DNA from: the human T2T-CHM13v2.0 reference genome, Homo sapiens
DNA: 64,000 bases
Reading direction: 5' to 3' (one strand)
Assembly (NCBI RefSeq): GCF_009914755.1
Contig: NC_060932.1
Position 1 is the first letter of the stretch. Every line of letters begins with the position of its first letter. The notes under the pieces were generated by a model that saw only the letters and a program-made list of their open reading frames with translations, was not told the origin of the DNA and did not search any database. The translations under genes were made by a program, and so were the position numbers. Shown piece by piece: positions 30,978 through 43,956 of this stretch.

Positions 30978-32498
30978 AAAAGAGACTTAGACTCCCACAT
31001 AGTAATAATAATAATAATGGCAAACTTAACACCCCACTGTCAACATTAGACACACCAACGAGACAGAAAGTTAAAAAAGGATATCCGGGAATTGAGCTCA
31101 GCTCTGCACCAAGCGGACCTAGGAGACATGTACAGAACGCTCCACCCCAAATCAACAGAATATACATTCTTCTCAGCACCACATCACACTTATTTCCACA
31201 TTGACCACATAGTTGGAAGTAAAGCACTCCTCAGTAAAAGTAAAATAACAGAAATTATTACAAACGGTCTCTCAGACCACATTGCAATCACACTAGACCT
31301 CAGGATTGAGAAACTCACTCAAAACCGCACAACTGCATGGAAACCGGACAAGCTGTTCCTGAATGAGTACTGGGTACATAACGAAATGAAGGCAGAAATA
31401 AAGATATTCTCTGAAAGCAATGAGAACAAAGACACAACATACCAGAATCTCTGGGACACATTTAAAGCAGTGTGTAGAGGGAAATTTATAGCACTAAATG
31501 CCCACAAGGGAAAGGAGGAAAGATCAAAAATGCATACCCTAACATCACCATTAAAAGGATGAGAGAAGCAAGAGCAAACACATTCAAAAGCTAGCAGAAG
31601 GCAAGAAATAACTAAGATCCGAGCAGAATTGAAGGAGATAGAGACCCAAAAAACCCTTCAAAAAATCAATGAATCCAGGAGCGGGTTTTTTGAAACCATC
31701 AACAAAATTGATAGACCACTAGCAAGACTATTAAAGAATGAAAGGAAGAAGAATCAAGCAGATGCAATAAAAAATGATAAAGGGGATATCACCACTGATC
31801 CCACAGAAGTACAAACTACCATGAGAGAATACTGTCAACACCTCTAGGCAAACAAACTCGGAAATCTAGAAGAAATGAATAAATTCCTGGACACATGCAA
31901 CCTCCCCAGAGTAAACCAGGAAGAAGTTGAATGCCTGAATAGACCAATAACAGGCTCTGAAATTGAGGCAATAATTAATAGCCTATCAAGCAATAAAACT
32001 CCAGGACCAGACGGATTCACAGCCGAATTCTACCAGAAGTACAAGGAGGAGCTGGTACCATTCCTTCGGAAACTATTCCAATCAACAGAAAAAGAGGGAA
32101 TCCTCCCTATCTCATTTTATGAGGCCAGCATCATCCTGATCCCAAAGGCTGAGAGAGACACAACCAACAAAGAGAATTTTCGGCCCATATCCCTGAGGAA
32201 CACCGATGGAAAAATCCTCCATAAAATGCTGGCAAACCGAATCCAGCAGCACATCAAAGAGCTTATCCATTATGATCAAGTGGGCTTCATCCCTGACATG
32301 CAAGGCTGGTCCAACATATGCAAATCAATAAACATAATCCAGCATATAATCGGAACCAAAGACAGAAACCGCGTGATTATCTCAACAGATGCAGAAAAGG
32401 CCTTTGACAAAATTCAACAGCCTTTCATGCCAAAAACTCTCAATAAATTAGGTACTGATGGGACATACCTCAAAATAATAAGGGCTATTTAGGGCAAA
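30978..32498 (+). mobile_element. L1PA, copy 3, cut by the inversion junction
   Basis: L1 ORF2 sequence ends abruptly at ..AGGGCAAA (32498). Confidence 0.95.
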
Positions 32499-35476
32499 TC
32501 CAGTTTTTCACTAAGTCACTGTTCTGGAACAGTTTGTGTGTGTGTATGTATGTGTGTGAGGGCTCACATACACAAATTGAACTAATGGAAGTGTAAGCAT
32601 TCAAATTATCAGTTTAATTTAGTTCTATACATATACACACACACACACTCACACACCGAAAACATTGATAAAATCAGCCATTCCAGCAAAACTAGCTACT
32701 TAGTGTCTATCTCTCCTTGAAGATTCAAACTAGAAATGAGGATTTAGAGAGGCATGATGGTTCGTTCTCTCTTGGAGCCCAGTTCGAAGTTGACTGACTG
32801 ATTCAGTCATTGTAATTGGTTGGTCTTGGGGAAGAATCCACTTTGACTCTTGGGAAGTCAGCTAGGTCAGCGGACAGAGCAGGGGCTCTGGAGCCAGACT
32901 GCCTGCACCCGACTTCTAGCTATGATACCTTGGATAAACTACTTATCACCTGGGCTTCAGGTTCCTCATCTGTAAAATGGGGATAAGAATGCTATCTCTC
33001 TCACAACTATTAGGAGGACTGACTGGGTTAATACGTGCAAAGTACCAAGTACATAAGAAACCAACAGCCAGTGCTCATTACAATCATTATTATTTTGGGC
33101 AAGTTAAGCCGCATGGTTTCTTTAGGTATAAAATTAGGCTTTATTTACCTACCTGTTGGGTTGTTCCAAGGATTAATCACATAGTGTTCATGAATTCCCT
33201 TTATAAACTATTATAGAAAAGAAATATAGTTAACATTAATTGAACACCTACTATGTGCGATCGTTTTAAGGCTTGCCATGTGCTGCTTCATTCAGTCCGC
33301 ACCATGACATTAGGATCACACTTTCGTTTTCCATTTTTTTTAAAATTATACTTTAATTACTAGGGTACATGTGCACAACGTGCAGGTTTATTACGTATGT
33401 AAGCACGTGCCATGTTGGTGTGCTGCACCCATTCACTAGTCATTTACATTAGGTATATCTCTTAATGTTATCCCTCCCCCTCCCCCCGCCCATGACAGGC
33501 CCCGGTGTGTGATGTTCCCCTTTCTGCGTCCAAGTGTTCTCCTAGTTCAATTCCCACCTATGAGTGGGATCACGCGGTGTTTGGTTTTTTTGTCCTTGCG
33601 ATAGTTTGCTAAGAATGATGGTTTCCAGCTTCATCCGTGTCCCTCCGAAGGGCATGAACACATGCTTTTTTATGGCTGCATAGTATTCCACGGTGTATTT
33701 GTGCCACGTTTCCTTAATCCAGTCTATCATTGATGGACATCTGGGTTGGTTCCAAGTGTTTGCTACTGTGAACGGTGCCGCAATAAACATACGTCTGCGT
33801 GTGTCCTTTTAGCAGCATGATTTATAGTCCTATGGGTGTATACCCAGTAATGGGACGGCTGGGTCAAATGGTATTTCTAATTCTAGATCCTTGAGGATTC
33901 GCCACACTATCTTCCACAACCGCTGAACTGGTTTACAGTCCCACCAGCAGTGTAAAAGTGTCCCTATTTCTCCACTACCTCTCCAGCACCTGTTGTTTCC
34001 TGACTTTTTTATTGATCGCTATTGTAACTGGTGTGAGACGATATCTCTTTGCGGATTTGATTTGTATTTCTCTGATGACCAGTGTTGATGAGCATTTTTT
34101 CATGTGTCTGTTGGCTGCATAAATGTCTTCTTTTTAGAAGTGTCTCTTCATATCCTTCCCGCACTTGTTGATGGGGTTGTTTGGTTTTTCTTGTAACTCT
34201 GTTTGAGTTCTTAGTAGATTCTGGATATTAGCCCTTTGTCAGATTAGTAGATTGCAAAAATTTTCTCCCTTTCTGTAGCATGCCTGTTCACTCTGATGGG
34301 AGTTTCTTTAGCTGTGCAGAAACTCTTTAGTGTAATTAGATGCCATTTGTCAATATTGGCTTTTGTTGCCTTTGCTTTTGGCGTTTTAGACATGAGGTCC
34401 TTGCCCATGCCTATGTCCTGAATGGTATTGCCTAGGTTTTCTCCTAGGGTTCGTATGGCTTAAGATGTAACATTTAAGTCTTTCATCCGTCTTGAATAAA
34501 CTTTTGTATAAGGTGTAAGGAAGGGATCCAATTTCACCTTCGGACATATGGCTAGCCAGTTTTCCCAGCACCATTTATTAAATAGGGAATCCTTTCCCCA
34601 TTTCTTGTTTTTGTCAGGTTTGTCAAAGATCCGACGGTTGTAGATGTGTCGTATTATTTCTGAGGGCTCTATTCTGTTCCATTGGTCTACAGTAACCAAA
34701 AAGGCAACCAACAGCATGCTGTTTGGTTACTGTAGGCTTGTAGTGTAGTTTGAAGTCGGGTAGCTTGATGCCTCCACCTTTGTTCTTTTGGCTTAGGATT
34801 ATCTTGGCAGTGGGGGCCCTTTTGTGGTTCCATGTAAACTTTCAAGTAGTTTTTTCCAATTCTGTGAAGAAAGTCCTTGGTAGCTTGATGGGGATGGCAT
34901 TGGATCTATAATATACCTTGGGCAGTATGGCCATTTTCACGATACTGATTCTTCCTAACCGTGAGCATGGAATATTCTTCCATTGGTTTGTGTCCTCTTT
35001 TATTTCGTGGAGCAGTGGTTTGTAGTTCTCCTTGAAGAGGTCCTTCGCACATCGCATCCCTTGTTAGTTGGATTCCTCAGTATTTTATTCTCTTTGAAGC
35101 AATTGTGAATGGGAGCTCAGTCATGATTTGGCTCTCTGTTTGCCTGTTATTGGTGTATGAGAATGCTTGTGATTTTTGCACATCGATTTTGTATCCTAAG
35201 ACTTTGCTGAAGTTGCTTATCAGCTTAAGGAGATTTTGGGCTGAGACGATGGGGTTTTCTAAATATTCAATCGTGTCATCTACAAACAGGGACAATTTGA
35301 CTTCCTCTTTTCCTAATTGATTACTCTTTGTTTCTTTCTCCTGCCTGATTGCCCTGGCCAGAAGTTCCAACACTATGTTGAATAGGAGTGGTGAGAGAGG
35401 GCACCCCTGTCTTGTGGCAGTTTGCAAAGGGAATGCTTCCACTTTTTGCCCATTCAGTATGATATTGGCTGTGGGT
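32496..35476. other. Inversion junction (AAA microhomology at 32496-32498) and 2,977-bp palindrome spacer (32499-35475)
   Basis: The forward unit stops at ...TTTAGGGCAAA (unit position 8118) and continues as TCCAGTTTTTCACTAAG, the reverse complement of unit positions 11095 downward. The mirror of unit position 8118 is at 35476. Confidence 0.95.
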
Positions 35477-36996
35477 TTGCCCTAAATAGCCCTTATTATT
35501 TTGAGGTATGTCCCATCAGTACCTAATTTATTGAGAGTTTTTGGCATGAAAGGCTGTTGAATTTTGTCAAAGGCCTTTTCTGCATCTGTTGAGATAATCA
35601 CGCGGTTTCTGTCTTTGGTTCCGATTATATGCTGGATTATGTTTATTGATTTGCGTATGTTGGACCAGCCTTGCATGTCAGGGATGAAGCCCACTTGATC
35701 ATAATGGATAAGCTCTTTGATGTGCTGCTGGATTCGGTTTGCCAGCATTTTATGGAGGATTTTTCCATCGGTGTTCCTCAGGGATATGGGCCGAAAATTC
35801 TCTTTGTTGGTTGTGTCTCTCTCAGCCTTTGGGATCAGGATGATGCTGGCCTCATAAAATGAGATAGGGAGGATTCCCTCTTTTTCTGTTGATTGGAATA
35901 GTTTCCGAAGGAATGGTACCAGCTCCTCCTTGTACTTCTGGTAGAATTCGGCTGTGAATCCGTCTGGTCCTGGAGTTTTATTGCTTGATAGGCTATTAAT
36001 TATTGCCTCAATTTCAGAGCCTGTTATTGGTCTATTCAGGCATTCAACTTCTTCCTGGTTTACTCTGGGGAGGTTGCATGTGTCCAGGAATTTATTCATT
36101 TCTTCTAGATTTCCGAGTTTGTTTGCCTAGAGGTGTTGACAGTATTCTCTCATGGTAGTTTGTACTTCTGTGGGATCAGTGGTGATATCCCCTTTATCAT
36201 TTTTTATTGCATCTGCTTGATTCTTCTTTCTTTCATTCTTTAATAGTCTTGCTAGTGGTCTATCAATTTTGTTGATGGTTTCAAAAAACCCGCTCCTGGA
36301 TTCATTGATTTTTTGAAGGGTTTTTTGGGTCTCTATCTCCTTCAGTTCTGCTCGGATCTTAGTTATTTCTTGCCTTCTGCTAGCTTTTGAATGTGTTTGC
36401 TCTTGCTTCTCTCATCCTTTTAATGGTGATGTTAGGGTATGCATTTTTGATCTTTCCTGCTTTCCCTTGTGGGCATTTAGTGCTATAAATTTCCCTCTAC
36501 ACACTGCTTTAAATGTGTCCCAGAGATTCTGGTATGTTGTGTCTTTGTTCTCATTGCTTTCAGAGAATATCTTTATTTCTGCCTTCATTTCGTTATGTAC
36601 CCAGTACTCATTCAGGAGCAGCTTGTCCGGTTTCCATGCAGTTGAGCGGTTTTGAGTGAGTTTCTCAATCCTGAGGTCTAGTGTGATTGCAATGTGGTCT
36701 GAGAGACCGTTTGTAATAATTTCTGTTATTTTACTTTTACTGAGGAGTGCTTTACTTCCAACTATGTGGTCAATGTGGAAATAAGTGTGATGTGGTGCTG
36801 AGAAGAATGTATATTCTGTTGATTTGGGGTGGAGCGTTCTGTAGATGTCTCCTAGGTCCGCTTGGTGCAGAGCTGAGCTCAATTCCCGGATATCCTTTTT
36901 TAACTTTCTGTCTCGTTGGTGTGTCTAATGTTGACAGTGGGGTGTTAAGTTTGCCATTATTATTATTATTACTATGTGGGAGTCTAAGTCTCTTTT
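33325..36996 (-). mobile_element. L1PA, copy 4
   Basis: Inverted unit copy; TSD GATCACACTTT on both sides. Confidence 0.95.
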
Positions 36997-37560
36997 GATC
37001 ACACTTTAAAGACCAAAAGGTAGAAGCGCAAAGACGTTATCTGTCCAATATTACAAACCTAGTAAGTGGTGGAATTTGGCCTTGAACCCAGATCTGTAAC
37101 TCCAGAGCCGAAGTGCTTCACCCACCTCCCTGTGGTGCCTCTACAGAAAAAGAGGTAAGCAGGCATTCCGAAAGCTGGTGGGCCGGGGGGCTGGCCTTGT
37201 ACTCAGAAGCCATGGAAGTCCCACGTGGGGTGGCTAGTGGTGTAAGGACAGAGGTCTCGGATGGGCAGAGGGATGTGGACAGGCGCGAGGGCGCGCGGCA
37301 GGGACTCGGGGGACTGGGAGTGGCGGCTCGGGGCTGCGGGAGGCGATTGGTGGAAGGACAGAGGTCTGGGAGGGGCAGAGGGATGTGGACAGGCCCGAGG
37401 GGCCGCGGCAGGGATTCCGGGGGACCGGGAGTGGGGGGTTGGGGTTACTCTTGGCTTTTTGCCCTCTCCTGCCGCCGGCTGCTCCAGTTTCTTTCGCTTT
37501 GCGGCGAGGTGGGCAGGGTGAGCTCTCGGGACTGATGGCGGTTTTGGAAGAGGCCTGGGG

Positions 37561-39450
37561 CTAAGGACAGGCCAGGGCGGCGGGAGAGGCGGACCGGTGG
37601 CGTGGCTGGATCTGGGCGCGCTGTCGGACCTTCCACATCACCAGCTGCAGGCAGGCGTTTGCGTCCTCGCTGGAGTTGTGGCCGTCCTGGCTGTCCTGGA
37701 TGATCTGTGCCAGGTAGTCGGCCGCGAGATTCCTGAGGGAGCGCTTGTAGGGGAAACCCAGGTAGTGCGGGAAGAGCACGGCCGTGTCCACCACGGTGCT
37801 GTGGATGAGCTTCAGGGCCAGCAGGTCGCTCTCCAGGCTGTGCCCGATGAGGATGGTTTGGGCGCTGAAAAAGCTCAGCAGGATGGCTTGGACTTGGGGC
37901 AACGTGATGCTCGTCTTGGCGACGTCGGCCTCGGTGACTCCGGAAAACCTGGTGTTGTAGTCCACGATCTCGTTGTCGGGCTTGACGAAGGTGTCGTACA
38001 CCACTCGCATGTCGGCGTCCACCACGGTGACGCGGGTCAGCTCTAGGCCATGCGTGGTGTAGCACATCTCACAGTCCAAGGCGTAGATTCCTGGATAAGC
38101 GTCTCTGGACAACTCTTTCTTGAAGGTCTCCACGAAGCCATCGAGGCTCTCCTTGCGGCCGTCCCGCACGTGCTGCTTTGCCACCTGGCAGCCCACAGAG
38201 CCAGGAGCAGCTGCACAGCAGGTGTACTGGCTAACCCGGCCTCCAGCCACCTGGCTCGAGCGGACCCGCCCCCAGTGATAATAACACAACTGGTCGCGTA
38301 CACAGCGGCCCGAGGAGGACACCAGGTACTCGGTGCCACAACGGCAGCAGACCCTGCAGGAGGAGTCGCCGGGCCCCTTCCCCTGGCCAGTGAAGAGGAC
38401 GGCGCCTCCGGGCCGCTCGGGGTGCGGGAAGGGGTAGCCGTTCTCCTTGAGCTGGTCCTGGGTGAGCAGGAACTCCTGGAGGCGGCTGTACAGGGCGGCC
38501 CTGCTGAGGCCGGGCATGGAGCTGGGGGTCAGGCCCTTCAGTCTCTTGAGGGTGTTCAGGACCACGTTCAGGTACCTGTTCTTGTTGGGGCTGCAGTCGT
38601 AGGCCACCTTCTCCTCGTTCAGCGCCTTCTCCTCGGCCTCCTGCTTGGAGGCGCAGAACTTGAGACACTCTTCGGTGAACAGTTGGAGATAGCCTCGGCG
38701 GAGGACGGTGGGGACTTGGCACCCAGAGCTTCGGAGGATAATGGGTTTCTTCAAACTCAAACTCGGTAAGGATGCACGACGGACGATTCGCTTAGAGCTG
38801 GTGGTGGCGGTGGTCTTGCATGCCATCCCTGACCTGTTGCGCGTCTTCCCTGGCTGTCTGCCGACCTTGGAGCCACGGGAGCGTTGGCTGCTGCTGGCCA
38901 CCCGGGTTCTCTTGGCATCTGTGTAACCTGTGACCAAGCAAGGGCTGGAAGAGTGGGCGATCGTCTTCCTCTTCCTGGGGGCTGAGATGCGGACTCCCGA
39001 GGGCCTCTCTGTCAGCCTTGGGGCGGCTGGCAAGCGGCAGGCCGATCCCCTCTGCGCAGGGAAGTAGCACGACTCCGTCACCATCTTGGGCCACGCTGGG
39101 GGCACCGCCGGACCCCTGTTCTGGGGCTCCGCCTGGATGTCCACAAATGCTGAGGCCTGCTTGTGCATCTGGGGCACCCAGAGCCCGAAGCTCTGGGCAG
39201 GCTGATGAGAGGGCAGTGGGAATTCTGGAGCCTCGAGGGCCGCCTCCTCGGCCACCTTCTTAGCTTCTGGGTATCCAGGTGGGAACCAGCAGGGAGCTGT
39301 GGCTCGCAACATCTTGCTGCCTTCGGGAGCACCGGCCTGGCTCTGCTCCCCTCCCAAATGGCGGCTTGCCTCCAGGGCCGCCTCCTCGGCCACCTTCTTA
39401 GCTTCTGGGTATCCAGGGGGGAACCAGCAGGGAGCTGTGGCTCGCAACAT
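37561..39450 (-). CDS. REXO1L1: REXO1-like exonuclease, copy 4 (629 aa; one 46-aa repeat missing)
   Basis: The ORF is 138 bp shorter, in frame; the rest of the translation is identical. Confidence 0.9.
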
Positions 39451-39505
39451 CTTGCTGCCTTCGGGAGCACCGGCCTGGCTCTGCTCCTCTCCCAACTGGC
39501 GGCTT
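39230..39505 (-). repeat. 138-bp minisatellite x2 (contracted allele in copy 4)
   Basis: Only two units; the second is a hybrid of repeat 2 and repeat 3. Confidence 0.93.
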
Positions 39506-39506
39506 C

Positions 39507-39667
39507 AATGAGTGCTGCGGCCGCCACTTGTCGCCTTTATATAGGCACAGGGCAGACTGGGTGGGACTTCTCCTTGATAGGTTGGTGCTTCAGTCCAATC
39601 ACACTGAGCCTCATCTTCCACCAGACTCCAGCTTGGGAATGCCTCAGGGGGTGCGCTAATGGAATCA
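39507..39667 (-). promoter_or_regulatory. Putative promoter, copy 4
   Basis: Reverse complement of 3789-3949; TAATGGAATCA at 39657-39667. Confidence 0.7.
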
Positions 39668-39988
39668 ACTGGAACTCCCGGTTGCTAAACTTGGAGCTAG
39701 GTTGCTTTTCCTGAGTTAAGTAACTGTCCCTGCAGGGCAGTCCTATAATGGCTACTGGAATTGGGCTACCTAGGATTAAATTAAGGTTCAGGGAGGTTGG
39801 TCAACTTGCTTGGGCCCACACAGCACCCCTTGGAGCCAGGACTGGGCCAGCAGTCTGCTGCATGCTGGAGGGCGGGATCCCTCTGGGGCTGCCTTTCCCT
39901 GCTCTGTGCACTCCGCCGCTGCGGGCAAATTGAGGACAGGAAGCGGACCGCACCCACTTCTCTCCCAGGACTTGGGCAATGTTCAACA

Positions 39989-40796
39989 CAGGTGGTCTTC
40001 CAAAGGTTCATAGAAAATGCACATGGTGAAGAAACTATGCATGGATTTCCACTGGTTTGCACTAAAATAAACTTGTCCTAACTTCTGATAACCTTTCTGA
40101 ACTAGATCTAGTTTGAGGCACTAAGAAGGATGAGACATCCACTGAAAAGGACTCCCATCAGAGCAACTTGAATTCCACGAAAATTGCAGCAAGAGGAAAC
40201 ATCAAATTTATGGTGAAGCTTGGGTGGAAGATTGAAGAAATCATTGACGTTTTAAGAAAAGCTTGTAAGGACACTACCCCAAAGAAATGAACTCTTTACG
40301 AATGTATAGCTTGTTTCAAGAAGAGGTGAGAAGATGTGGAAGATGAATCCTGCAGTGGCTGTGAAAACCACTGTGCCCAGATCAGCTGCAGTTACGACGA
40401 GAGCTATCAGTGGAAATTTTAAACAGGAGGGATCACGATCCTGACGCATCCCTCTGACAAATTGTAAGCGGCAGTTGGAACATGGCTTCACCAATATGAT
40501 CTCCAAGGCAAAGCATCATGAAAGCGATGGCTACCAAGAGGTGGCAGTGGTCCAGTCAAAGGAAAAGGAGGCCAGTCAGGAGCCCACATCATGGCATCAG
40601 TGTTTTGGGACACTCAAGGCATTTTGCTTGTTGACTTTCTGAAAGGCCAAACATCTGCTTATTAGGAGAGTGTTCTGAGAAGCTTAGATAAAGCTTTGGT
40701 AGAAACATGCTGGGAAAGTCTCACTAGATCCTTGTTCACCACATCAATGCTCTGCTCATTCCTCTCATCAAACAAGGGCAATTTTGTCAGTTTCAA
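39989..40796 (+). mobile_element. HSMAR2 remnant, copy 4
   Basis: Inverted unit copy. Confidence 0.85.
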
Positions 40797-43656
40797 TGGG
40801 CAGTCCTTAGGAATTCACCTTACGGGCTGCTTTCATTCCTTCTAAATTCTTTTTGTTTCCTAATGATAAAAAGTCTCCTTGCCTTGCTTGGAAAGATGAG
40901 AGAAAGTCTCCTTGCCTTGTTTGGACAGATGAGAGATGAGATCCTCCTCTTCTCTCCCAGGACAGAATGGTGAGACTTGAGTTTCCTTTCTCCTCACTCT
41001 TCTCCTCCTTGAGGGAGCTGCTGTGCCGGACAGACCTGCCCCCGTGTCTAGACACTGGTAGACTCGTTTAAGTTCCTCACAGGCAATCCTCCATGGGGTC
41101 AAAGTGGAAGGACTTATTTCTTCAGGGCTCAGTAGTCCACATCCTGGCGCGCACCTTCACCAGCCCAGGGCGGGGTAGAGGAGGGTGAAAGGGCGTGGCT
41201 CAGAGCCCGCTTCTTCCGCTCGGGCGTATCCTGGGAGGAACCCTTGTCCGGTGAGCATGTCTTCGTCTCTACCAAATTCCCTAGTGGGACATTTCTGGCA
41301 GCCCTACTTGTTCAGCAGCTTACGGGGGTCAGGTGGACCTCTGCTAGTCACCAGCCTGAAGCCCTTTCTCCATTTCAGCTATTTTGGCAGTTGCCTAGGT
41401 GACTTTTGAACCTCATTATCCAGAACAGCAAACGGACGAGGGGTGAGAAGAGTGGCCGCCTGGGTTTGCAGCATAGTGCTGCCTTCTAGGAGTTGTGCAG
41501 TCTTCGATTGTGTGAAACTTCACCTGGCTGATTTGTGGCAATGCCTCCACAAATTCGCTAAATTCAGTAGCTTTTGCCTTCCAAGATTCATTTACACAAT
41601 GTTGAATGCTTTAAAGGAATGAGCATGAAGAGTGCTGGGCTGGAAAGTGATGAGATGGGTGGTAGGGACTCCTCGGAGTAGAGGAGTAGAGTTTTACTAT
41701 TATGACTAGGAGGCAAATAAAAAGAAGCTGAACGTGATCCATAATAAAAGAAGCACACACTCACAGAGCTCCATACCAACTACATTAAAATGGAAATCAT
41801 GATATTTGGAAATACAACTTAATTGGAAATCATTAAGTAATCTCATCAACCTTTTTACAGTGGGTGGCAGGGCTATGGAGGGAAAACAGCAATGGTTCTG
41901 GCACCTACTTAACTTGATTCCATTAAATTCACCCAACAGGCCTCCAGAGAACATATTACTGCTTTGATATTACAAAGGGAAAAACAGCTATGGCGTCTCT
42001 GAAAAGCGCAACGTGCTAGGACTGGAATGACTTTAAAACCACACATAAATTTCTGAGAGATTTTTGCCATAAGGTACCATCCACCTTACTGTAAACCACA
42101 TCCTAAAATTGTCTGCAGTGCAAATGGATTATGTGCATCCAACAGGAAACAGCATAGGTTGAGAAGCTGTTACTTAATAGCTTCATTGTCACCACGAGTG
42201 TAAAGTGTGGGGTCTCATCACTTTTGCACCCACGTTTTGCCTGTTGGTTTCTCCACACTGTCAGGAGCATTTGACCAACTCACTGTGGCTCAGGGTCCCT
42301 TACGCAGCCTGTTGGGGAAACCAGTGGGTATTGAAGACCTGCCTCTGGTGTGCCAGGAGGTTGTGCCTGCCGGCCACTCTGACTTGCGATCTTCCGCCTC
42401 AGTGTATGGCTTCCTACACCTGGGTAATTAACATTGCCAGCATGATAAGGAGGTCCTTTCATCACTATTGCCACTAGTCCTTCCGACTCCTGTGCCCTGT
42501 TTCTCCTTTATTGGAACCCAAGAACGAGTAAACATAGCATTTTCAAACATCCCGCCCCCTTCCCTGGTAACACCAATATTCCACCATCCTAATTCCCTCA
42601 CAAGCATTCAGTCTCTCCACCCTGAGGTGGTGAAATCCCTGCAGGCATTTATAAGTATACCTGGACAGAAGAAATACAAGATACCGTTCTATTAACTCAA
42701 TGTAGTGTTGCTAAGTTCGTACTTTTGCTTGGTTTATTTTATTTTATAAATAGGTATCACTCGCATGGTTCCAAATGCGATAGGCACAGAGAGTATATAT
42801 GATGGAATTACATCCTCCTTCCCTGCACTCAGCAACCGAGATCTTCCCGCTACGGGCACTCAAAGGTTTCATTGTCTGAAATATCAGCCTAAACGTAGTT
42901 TATGTTTAGGAAGCAACAACCGTAAATAGGCCCACATCCAAACGGAGTGGATTTAGGTTTCACTTTTTCAAGGAAAAACCATCAAAGAATTTTTCCACAT
43001 ACTTATAAACCATCCCACGTATAGAATCCATTTTTACTGACACAAATTTAGTACCAATAAACGACTCTTCTTCTCAATTTGTTTTATTTAACAATAAGTC
43101 TTGAACGTCATTCCCAGTTAACATTTTGAAGAGTTTCCTCTCTTTCGTTATGTTTTAGCTGCAAAGTATTCTTCCGTAAGGATGAACGTACTATAATTTA
43201 TTAGCCAGCCACTTAGTGATGTACAATTAAGCAGTTTTAAATCTTTGACTCTTGGAAATATTGTTTCTCACACATAAATATTTCTATAAAATAAATTAGT
43301 TGAATTAGAATTGTTGGAGTTCAAGACCAGCCTGGCCAACATGGTGAAACCCCATCTCTACTAGAAACACAAAATTAGCCGGACATGCCGGTACATGCCT
43401 CTAATCTCAGGTGAGGCAGGAGAATCACTTCAACCTGGGAGGCGGAGGTTGCAGTGACTCGAAATCAAGCCACTGCACTCCAGCCTGGGCGACGCGAGCG
43501 AAACTCTGTCTCAAAAAACCAAAAAAAATTAAACATAAAAAGAAAAGCGGTACATATACCCAATAGAACACAATTCAGCCTTAAAAAAGAAAGAAATCAT
43601 CTCATTGGCAACACGAATGAGCCTAGAGGATGGTACACTGAGTGAAAGAAAGCAAA

Positions 43657-43956
43657 GGCCAGGCACGGTGGCTCATGCCTGTAATCCCAGTACTTTGGGA
43701 GGCCAAGGCAGGTGGAAGCGTTGAGCCCAGGAGTTGGAGATGAACCTGGGCAACATGGTGAAACCCCATCTCTAAAAGAAACACAAAAATTAGCCAAGTG
43801 TGGCGTTGGACGCCTGTAGTCCTAGCTATTCAGGAGGCTGAAGCGGGAGGAACTCTCGACCCCGGGAGGTGGAGGCCGTGGTGAGTGAGCCGTGTTTGTG
43901 TCACTGTACTCCAGCCTGGGTGACAGACTGAGACCCTGTCTCAAAAAATAAATAAT
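43657..43956 (+). mobile_element. Alu, AluJ-like, inverted units (also 55847-56146)
   Basis: GGCCAGGCACGGTGGCTCATGCCTGTAATCCCAG...GAGACCCTGTCTCAAAAAA. Confidence 0.9.
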
